Assembly (NCBI GenBank): GCA_965240325.2
Contig: OZ251251.1
Span: 124,001-188,000, forward strand
Reading direction: 5' to 3'
DNA: 64,000 nt
Origin: Rebecca billardiae RCC1528
Lineage: Eukaryota; Protista; Haptophyta
Under the pieces are notes generated by a model. The model was not told the origin of the DNA and ran no database searches. It saw only the letters and a list, made by a program, of their open reading frames with translations. Positions 54,780-64,000 of the stretch are shown here, in pieces. The position numbers were made by a program, and so were the translations under genes. The first letter of the stretch is position 1. Every line of letters starts with the position of its first letter.

Positions 54780-56559
54780 TCGTTGGTGGACACCGGTGAT
54801 GGGGGTGCCTTGGGGCGCACCGACGGCGTAAAGGCGCTGCGGGCGCTGCGGTGCGCGCGACGGCGGCGCGCCCGGTGGCGCTGCTGTTGGAAGCTACTGC
54901 GCCCCTCTCCACCTCGCGCGCTTCGCTCGTCGTCGCCGTCTCCGCACCTGCTACCGGCATGCACGCGTGCGCAGCGCCTCGGACGCCCGTTGACGGCGCG
55001 CGCCCCGGCAACCGCCCATCACCGGCGGCGGCGAGTGCTGTTGCGGTTGGATGGAATCGGATGGTCTGCTGATAGTTGGACCAACCAACCAACGCCCTCG
55101 GTGGGCTTGGGCTTTGGTGTACGGAGCGTTCGGTGGAACTTGAGCCTCGGCACATTTCCCAGCGAAGTGGCCCACCTCGACGTGGCTGGCACGCTCGTCA
55201 CGCGCTCCCGAGCGCTCGTTTCGCGGTGCCGCAGGCCTTGGGCAGACCAGTCAGACATGGCGCGACCGCATTACCGGGCCATGTGCGCACCACATCCGCG
55301 CTACGTGGCCTGCGCTCTGGACGACTGGGAGTCAATGCCCGGACCCACTGCATTCCACTGCCCCGCATGCACCCCGAGTCACCGTCAGAAGGCGTCGACG
55401 AGCGCAGAGCGGGTGCGCGGGAGTTCAACCAACTCGTGTACCTTCTTGCAAGCACCAGTGGCGAGGTCGCACGCCCAATCGTGACCAGCCGTGGAACTTG
55501 AGCCGGTCGGCAGCAAAACCACCGTGTGGCGGCCGAGATGAAGTAGCAGCGTGCAACTGCAAGGAGGAGGCGCGGTGCGTGTCCGCGGCTGGCGAGAGGC
55601 GTCCGGACCGTGATGTTCTCGGCCGCGTCCGCGCGCTTCCCGCCGCCGCAGGCCCCGTGTACGCCCGTCGTCGCCCTCGCCGCGTGGGGCGTGGGCGCCC
55701 ACCGAGCTCAAGTTCCATGGCAAGGAAGTACTGTACTGATCTACAGTTTACTATGATACAGTACGTAGTAAGATTTAACGTGCACACTTGGTTCAACAGT
55801 ACGTAGTGATCTTGACAATGTGGCCGTGCACGCGGCAACAGGGCTCAGGCGGCCCAGTTGTCGAGTGCAGGCGTGTGTGGCTTGCGATGGCAGCCAGCCG
55901 TCAGCCGGGGCGCCACGCCCACGGTTCGCTGGTGGGCTGGCCCGATGGCGTCGCAGAGCTCACGCGTACGGGGGAGGAGGGCATCGACGAGGAGACGACC
56001 AAGGGCGAGAAGCAGCCGGGGGCACGCAGCACGGGGCTCGGAGCATGCCGCCAGCACGCGTGCCTCCACACCGTCGCACGTCACCCTTGCTCGTAGCTGT
56101 GCGCTGTGCTGCACTCATCTCACCATCGCCCATGCTACGGGCGCGGCCGGGTGGTGGACATCTACCTGTCGGCGCAGCACTGGCATCGGTGGTCGCCAGA
56201 CACTTCTCGACTTGCTCTGCGCGTGACAGCAAGGAGACGGCAGCGCCACAGCTGTGTGAGCAGATGTCAGGTGCTGCTCTGCTCAGTGAGGCTGATAGAC
56301 TGAGCACGCATGGCGGGCGCTGGCATTCCCCCGCATCCATGAGCCCAACAGGTGCATAGCCGTGCCCAGGAGCGCAGGACCAACCGCCCGGTGCTGCTTC
56401 AAACACCTGCGCCCCACGCTGCAGGCAGGATGAGGGGCGCTCGACTCTACGCCGCACGCGGCGGCAGCAGCTGGGCCGCTGGGATGGTCCTGCGCGGATG
56501 ACGGCGGTCGCCGCGGCTGACAGCTTGGTGTCACTGGTTCGACGGGCCTGGACGACGGA

Positions 56560-58010
56560 CGCGCCGAGCACGGTGACGCTGTTCGATGCGCCCACGGCAC
56601 TGCCCAGCGCGCTGGAGGCGTCGCCATCTGGTGCTGCTGTGCCTGCGCCCAGCTTGGGCAGCAGCAGCTGCGCTCAACTCCCCGCCGCGGGCAGCGGCAG
56701 GGATGGTGCCACGGCGGGCGGCGGCGGTCGACGTAGCTGTCAGCTCGGCGGTGCACGCCCGAGGGGCGTGGGCGCTGGACGCACCGAGCGCGGTGACGCT
56801 GCTCGCCTCGACCATCGCGCTGGAGCCGCTGCCATCCGGTGCTGCTGCGCCCGCGCCCAGCCGGGGCATCAGCAGCTGCGCTCAACTCCGCGCCGTGTGC
56901 GGCAGCAGCAGCAGGGATGGTGCCACGGCGGGCGGCGGCGGTCCACGGAGCTGTCAGCTCGGCGGTGCACGCCCGAGGGGCGTGGGCGGTGGGCGCATCG
57001 AGCGCCGTGACGCTGCTCGCCTCGCCCATCGCGCTGGAGCCGCTGCCATCCGGTGCTGCTGCGCCCGCGCGGGCAGCAGCAGCAGCGCTCGACTCCGCGC
57101 CGCGTGCGGCGGCAGCAGCAGGGATGGTGCCACGGCGGGCGGCGGCGGTCGACGGAGCTGTCAGCTCGGCGGTGCACGCCCGAGGGGCGTGGGCGGTGGG
57201 CGTACCGAGCGCTGTGGCGCTGCTCGCCTCGCCCATGGCGCTGGAGCCGCTGCCATCCGACGCTGCTGCGCCCGCGCGGGCAGCAGCAGCAGCGCTCGAC
57301 TCCGCGCCGCGTGCGGCGGCAGCAGCAGGGATGGTGCCACGGCGGGCGGCGGCGGTCGACGGAGCTGTCAGCTCGGCGGTGCACGCCCGAGGGGCGTGGG
57401 CGCTGGACGCACCGAGCGCCGTGACGCTGCTCGCCTCGCCCATCGCGCTGGAGCCGCTACCATCCGGTGCTGCTGCGCCCGCGCCCAGCCGTGGCAGCAG
57501 CAGCAGCGCTCGACTCCGCGCCGCGTGCGGCAGCAGCAGCAGGGATGGTGCCACGGCGGGCGGCGGCGGTCGACGGAGCTGGAAGCTCGGCGGTGCACGC
57601 CCGAGGGGCGTGGGCGGTGGGCGCACCGAGCGCGGTGCCGCTGCTCGCCTCGCCCATGGCGCTCGAGCCGCTGCCATCCGACGCTGCTGCGCCCGCGCCC
57701 AGCTTGGGCAGCAGCGGCTGCGCTCGACTCCGCGCCGCGTGCGGCGGCAGCAGCAGGGATCGTGCTACGGTGGGCGACGGTGGTCTCTAGAGCTGAAAGC
57801 TCGGCGGTGTGCGCCTGAGGGCCCTGGGCGGCGGGCGCATTGAGCGCGCTGACGCCTCTCGCCTCGCCTGGCGCGCTGGAGACGCTCCCATCCGATGCTG
57901 CTGCGCCTGCGCCCTGGCGCGCTGAGTGCGGCTGCAGCATCAGGGATGGCGCCACGGCGGGCGGGCGGCGGTGGATGCAGCTATCAGCTCGGTGCTGCAC
58001 GCGCGAGGGG
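56560..58010 (+). repeat. 214/207-bp satellite array (left)
   Basis: GGGATGGTGCC at 56700, 56914, 57121, 57328, 57542 and a variant at 57756; edges degenerate and approximate. Confidence 0.9.
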
Positions 58011-58570
58011 CCTGGGCGGAAGGCGCGCGCAATGCAGTGACGCTGATACACGCAAGCCCGGCGGCGCAGACCCGAGTCGTAGCCCGGCAGGTAGGCGGCA
58101 CAGTAGTAGCGTAGTTTTCGTCAGCATCGATGAGTCAATCGATCAGCATCGATCACGCGCATCATCACTGGCTACGACATCAGCGCATCCCGGCCTACAC
58201 GGGACGGAGGCGGAGTGGCGTATATATATATATATATCGCGTCGATCAGACTGTGACGCAGTCCGCGCGCAACTGAGCATCAGCAGGCAGTCCGACCGGG
58301 CCGTCTCCCGATCCGCGGCCACCGTTCGTCCGACGAAGTCACATCACCACATGACCACACCGTCACAGCGCAGATATATATATATATCCGGAGCATACAT
58401 ATACGCAGTCGTGATGCCTGATGGCGCCACGGTTGTGCTGGCGGCTCACAGTCACACTCGATCAGTCGTCGCGTCCGGGTATAATAATAAGTGCGATGAA
58501 GCAGTACTTAGTATGAGTATAGTCTGCTGCGCTGATGGCTTAGCAGTCGTCGATCTGCTTATTACGACTA

Positions 58571-61500
58571 CACAGCAACGACTTCTTTTTTAAAGCGGCC
58601 GTTAGCGTGTCCAGCGGCCAGATTAATTTTCGAAAAATTACTATGCGCTGCGCGCGCGCCCCTAGGGGGCGGCGCGCGCGCGCGGCTGGTCCCCCCTGCA
58701 TGCCCGCACCGTCAGCTGCCTGATTGCCGCTACCCAGCCCCGCTACCGTCGCGCGCGACATCCGCGTCGTAAATCACCGTCACCGAGCGGTCCGGCGAGC
58801 GCGCCGCCATCAATTTGCTCCTGAGTGCCGAAAACTCCTTCTCCGGAAGCCCAGCCTCCTCGCGCAGGAGCTTGCGCGCCGTCATGCACTCCGCGATCAG
58901 GTCGATCGCGTCGGTCTCCGCCCTGCGCTGCCATTCGCGCTGCCGCTTGGCGTACTTCTTCAGCCAGAGCCGCCGCACCTTGTCGCCGAACTCCTCTGCC
59001 CACGTCGCAAGCGACACGCGGCGCACGAGCTGCGCGACCGTCGAGATGTGCGGCTCCGCCGTCGACTTCTTCCCCTCGGCGTACTCGCGGACGAATGAGT
59101 CGAGTGACTTGCGCGCGTGCACGAGCGGCATCGCACGCTTGGTCACCTGCACGAAATGCCCCTGCACCTGCTCGTCCGCGAGCTGCACGAGGCGCCCCCG
59201 CCGCCTGAGGCGAGACGCCGTCTGCGCCCGCCTCCGTGACCGCCCAGACGTTGAAGCGGAGCGGTGGGACGTTGTGCGAGCCCTGGCCGGCGAGGCTGGC
59301 GAGGCTGACGTAAGCGCCGGTGCACGCCACGATGGCCTTCTGCTCCTCCGCGTAGTCGGCCGCCTCGGCGCCGCCGCCAAAACCGCCGCCGGCCGCGCTG
59401 CCGCCTGCCGAGGCAGTGCTGCCACCGAGGCCGCGCTGCTGCGCGCCGCCGCCGGCCGCGCCGCCGCCGGCCGCGCCGCCACCAGCCGCACCACCAGCCG
59501 CACTGTCAGCCGCGCGGCTGGCCGCGCCACATGCCGCGCCACCGGCCACGCGGACGCCAGCACCGGCTGTGCCGCTAGCCACGCCGCTGCCACTGCCGGC
59601 CGCGCCGCCCACGCCGCCGCCCGCGCCCGCGCCCGCGCCCACGTTGCCAGCCGCGCCCCCGGCCGCGCCCCCGGCCGCGCGGACGCCAGCGCCAGCGGTG
59701 CCGCCAGCCACGCAGCTGCCGCTGCTGCTGCCACCAGTGCTGCTGCTGCCGCCCGCACCGGCCGCGCCGCCGCCGGCCGCGCCACCGCCGGCCGCGCCGC
59801 CGCCGGCCGCGCCGCCGCCGGCCGCGCCGCCGCCGGCCGCGCGATCGCGAGCGCTGTCAGCCGCGCCGCTGTCCGCGCCGCCGGCCGCACCTCCGGCCGC
59901 GCCTCCAGCCGCGCGGACGCCAACGCCAGCTGTGCCGCCAGCCACGCCACTGCAGCTGCCGCCCGCGCCGCCCGCGCCGCCGCCAGCACCCGCGCCCGCG
60001 TTGCCAGCCGCGCCGCCGGCCGCGTCCGGCCGCGTCGCCGGGCGCACCGCCGCCTGGCGCGCAGTTGTCGGGCGTGCCGCCGTCGGGCGCGCCGCCACCG
60101 GGCCCGCCATCGCCCGCGCTGTCAGCCGCGCCGCCGGCCGCGCCGCAGGCCGCGCCACCGGCCGCGCGGACGCCAACGCCGGCTGTGTCGCCAGTCACGC
60201 CGCTGTCGCTGCAGCTGCCGCCGCTGCTGCCGGCCGCGCCGGCCGCGCGCGGCCGCGCCGCCGGCCGCGCCGCCGCCGGCAGTGCCGCCGCCGGCCGCGC
60301 CACCGCCCGCGCTGTCAGCCGCGCCGCTGGCCGCGCCGCCGGCCGCGCCACCGGCCGCACGGACGCCAGCGCCGACTGTGCCGCCAGCCACGCCGCTGCC
60401 GCTGTCGCTCGCGCCGGCCGCGCCGCCGCCCGTGCCCGCGGACGCGCCCGCGTTGCCAGCCGCGCCGCCCGCCGCGCCGCCGGCCGCGCCGCCGACCGCG
60501 CAACCGGCCGCGCGGACTCCAGCGCCGGCGGCACCGCCAGCTACGCCGCTACCGCTGCCGCTGCCGCCGCTGCCGCCGGCCGCGCCGCCGGCCGCGTCGC
60601 CGGCCGCGCCGCCTGCAGCGCCGCCAGCCGCGCCGCCCTGCCGCGCTGGCCACGTGCAGCGGCGGCAGCTGGCGGCGCCGGTCGCGGTGGGAGCCGGCCG
60701 CTCCGGATCACGTCATTGATCCCGTCGGCGTCCGCGCTCCATAGCTCGGGCATGTCCGAGTCCGGCCGCTCCGAGATGGCGATCGCCTCCGACGACGCGA
60801 GCGCAACACCCTCATAGTTGCGCACGATGGCGATCGTGGCCGCGCGCGAGTGCGCTGCGTTTGGCCCGTGTCCGCCGAGAGGAGGAGGACATGCGGCTGC
60901 CCGCGCGGGCGCGCGGACTTGCCGTAGTGCTCCAAGCGATCCAGCACGGCGCCCACGGCCTGCGGCCACGGCCGCGCCGCCGACTCGCTGCCGATCATCA
61001 TCACGCCCGCGCCCGCGTGCTCGCGATTGCGCAGCGCGCTCTCACGTGAGCCAGCCACCGGCGGCGGGATCGGGTGGCGCATGCCCAGGTTGAGCCACGT
61101 CGAGAACTCTCGGGCTGGCGCGAGCCCACGATGCTCAGTGTGCGGTCCTTCTCGCGCGCCTAGTGCACGACGCCCTCGTCGTCGAGCGAGGTGAAGGCAT
61201 GCAAGACGAGCGCGTCTCACGAGAAGAGCCGCAGCTTGGCTACACGCAGCAGGTTGTTCTTCTTCCGCTGGGCCTTGATGGCGACGAGGCTGTTGACGCT
61301 GCGCTTGACCTCCGCCAGGTAGTTCTCGTTCGGCATGATCGAGTGGTCCACCTCGCTCGCGGCCTCGCGCGCGCGCAGCTTGAGCATCTCGTGCGGCTGA
61401 GCGCCGCGGCCATGCGCAGCCATGCAGATGCGGCAGAGACGTGGCGCCCGATGCGTTAGGCACCTTTGCGATGCAGCTTGGGCTTCCTAGGCTTCGCGCA

Positions 61501-62099
61501 GGAACGCTTGCCCTTGCCCACGGTGAGCACAGCCGTCGCCATTGCTGCGCGCGGCGAGCGCGGTCCCGCGCGGCCGTCACGGGCGCAGCCGCAGCAAGTT
61601 AGTCTGATGCAAATTCCCGGTCACCCATGCAAAAGTAAGCGTTCCCGCTGCGCATGTGCGTGCATCACGAGTAACCCGCCGCCTGAATAACAACTCCGCG
61701 CCCCTCCATACACTTCCTGCATCCCCGCGCGCAGCGGCGTGCGGGCGGGCGCGAATTCGCACCGTGTTACGAACAGACCTAGCAAAGTAGATCGGTGTGG
61801 CGCGTCGGGACGCGGAGCGGGTGCGGGGCAGGCGGGGGATAGGTTGGGGAACACCCGCGATTAGAGCACCGGTGGCGCAGCGGCGACGTGGACGCCGCCA
61901 CACGCGCACGCACGGCGCGCGCTCGCACCGCGAGTCGAACGTCCGCTCGCCAAGCCCTGCGACGGCGTCCGTGCGACGCCGAGCGACGAACGCTCTCGGG
62001 ATTTGGCCCGGACCACCAGATTCAGCCGTTAACGGCCGAAAACTCATTTGTTGGAGTTTCCTTAACGGCCGCTTTAAATAAAAAGAAATCGTTGCTGTG
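58571..62099 (-). mobile_element. DNA transposon E3 with CACAGCAACG TIRs and TA TSD
   Basis: TIRs at 58571-58604 and 62063-62099 (CACAGCAACGA..T-tract..AAAGCGGCCGTTA; 3-nt spacer difference); TA at 58569-70 and 62100-01. Confidence 0.88.
58730..61423 (-). pseudogene. Broken ORF inside E3 with expanded Gly/Ala low-complexity repeat; no catalytic core seen
   Basis: Protein-like fragments across frames (e.g. LWLKKYAKRQREW...KEFSALRSKL), separated by stops, frameshifts and a repeat at ~59380-60650. Confidence 0.5.
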
Positions 62100-62399
62100 T
62101 ACTGCTGTTCTTAGTCTTACGGGACTATACGGCTCAATAAACTCAATGCATGATGTAGCAGCGCGCAGTAGTCGACATCACTCATCAGAGTAATAAGCTC
62201 AGTGACTAAGCTGACGACGATGATGAGGCGACTACGTGACGCGCGCGGTACTAGATCCGCGCCGACCGTCAGCCGTTATAGGCGTCATATTCATCCGGGC
62301 ACCGTGCTACACTCCGGCGCGACACGGTCAGCTGGTCAGCAGCTAGTAGAGTCGTAGTTTATAACGACCGGTCGTCGGCGTGCCAAGCAGTACTCAGCA

Positions 62400-64000
62400 C
62401 CGCCCGACCACCGCCGCCGGCCTGGCTGTGGCACCTCCCTGCTGCTACCACCGCATGCGGCGCGAAGCCTCCTGAGCGCAGCTGCTGCCAGCTGCAGCCG
62501 TGCAGCGGCGCCGTGGCGCGGGCGCAGCGGCATCGAATGGCAGAGGCTCGAGCGCGCTACGGAACGAGGCGAGCGGCGACACCACGCTCGGTGCGTCCAG
62601 CGCCCACGCCTCTCGGGTGGGCACTGCCAAGCTTTCAGCTGCTGCGGCCGCCCGCCGTGGCACCATCCCTGCTGCTGCCGCCGCACGCGGCGCGGAGTCG
62701 AGCGCTGCCGCTGCTGCCCAAGCTGGGCGCCGGCGCAGCAGCGTCGGATGGCAGCGGCTCCAGTGCCATGGGCGAGGCGAGCAGCGGCACCGCGTTCGGT
62801 GCGCCCACCGCCCACGCCCCTCGGGCGTGCACCGTCGAGCTGACAGCTGCGTCGACAGCCGCCGCCCGCCATGGCACCATCCCTGCTGCTGCTGCCGCAC
62901 GCGGCGCGGAGTCGAGCGCTGCTACTGCTGCCACGGCTGGGCGCGGGCGCAGCAGCACCGGATGGCAGCGGCTCCAGCGCCATGGGCGAGGCGAGCAGCG
63001 TCACCGCGTTCGGTGCCTCCAGCGCCCACGCCCCTCGGGCGTGCACCGCCGAGCTGACAGCTGCGTCGACAGCCGCCGCCCGCCATGGCACCATCCCTGC
63101 TGCTGCCGCCGCACGCGGCGCGGAGTCGAGCGCTGCCGCTGCTGCCCAAGCTGGGCGCCGGCACAGCAGCGTCGGATGGCAGCGGCTCCAGTGCCATGGG
63201 CGAGGCGAGCAGCGTCACCGCGTTCGGTGCCTCCAGCGCCCACGCCCCTCGGGCGTGCACCGCCGAGCTGACAGCTCCGTCGACCGCCGCCGCCCGCCGT
63301 GGCACCATCCCTGCTGCTGCCGCCGCACGCGGCGCGGGGTCGAGCGCTGCTGCTGCTGCCACGGCTGGGCGCGGGCGCAGTAGCACCGGATGGCAGCGGC
63401 TCCAGCGCGATGGTCGAGGAGAGCAGCGTCACCGCGTTCGGTGCCTCCAGCGCCCACGCCCCTCGGGCGTGCACCGCCGAGCTGACAGCTCCGTCGACCG
63501 CCGCCGCCCGCCATGGCACCATCCCTGCTGCTGCTGCCGCACGCGGCGCGGAGTTGAGCGCTGCCGCTGCTGCCCTGGCTGGGCGCGGGCGCAGCAGCGT
63601 CGGATGGCAGCGGCTCCAGCGCCATGGGCGAGGCGAGCAGCGTCACGGCGCTCGGTGCGCCCACCGCCCACGCCCCTCGGGCGTGCACCGCCGAGCTGAC
63701 AGCTCCGTCGACCGCCGCCGCCCGCCGTGGCACCATCCCTGCTGCTGCCGCCGCACGCGGCGCGGAGTCGAGCGCTGCTGCTGCTGCCACGGCTGGGCGC
63801 GGGCGCAGCAGCACCGGATGGCAGCGGCTCCAGCGCCATGGGCGAGGCGAGCAGCGTCACGGCGCTCGGTGCGCCCACCGCCCACGCCCCTCGGGCGTGC
63901 ACCGCCGAGCTTCCAGCTCCGTCGACCGCCGCCGCCCGCCGTGGCACCATCCCTGCTGCTGCCGCCGCACGCGGCGCGGAGTCGAGCGCTGCCGCTGCTG
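62400..64000 (-). repeat. 214-bp satellite array (right, inverted relative to left; runs off the window)
   Basis: GGCACCATCCC at 62659, 62873, 63087, 63301, 63515, 63729 and 63943. Confidence 0.93.

Noticed and set aside
56283-64000. Repeat-protein genes in the satellite arrays
   Set aside because: The 214-bp period shifts frame every unit; only two 207-bp units preserve frame.

Overview
Very GC-rich eukaryotic nuclear DNA with short spliceosomal introns (GTGCGC donors, GCGCAG acceptors, one GC-AG). The style suggests a haptophyte such as Diacronema/Pavlova (inference, not verified). Genes: two tandem clusters of intronless F-box + RCC1-repeat genes (3 copies at 1-5.2 kb; 2 intact and 2 broken at 43.3-49.1 kb); a GDPGP1/VTC2-family HIT phosphorylase with a candidate spliced uORF; a TPR protein; a bacterial-like TsoY-type membrane protein; a PP2C; a hypothetical gene between 187-bp direct repeats; a voltage-sensor/adenylyl-cyclase fusion lacking both metal-binding Asp; a katanin p60-like AAA ATPase; an AP2-domain + pre-SET/SET/post-SET methyltransferase with in-frame telomeric inserts; and a D-2-hydroxyacid dehydrogenase. 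Most striking are three DNA transposons (29219-31494, 49709-54286, 58571-62099) with CACAG(TG) RSS-heptamer-like bipartite TIRs and 2-bp TSDs, one carrying a decayed RAG1/Transib-like transposase. There is also a young 842-bp-arm foldback element and two inverted 214-bp satellite arrays. All family calls come from motif recognition by eye; no searches were run.
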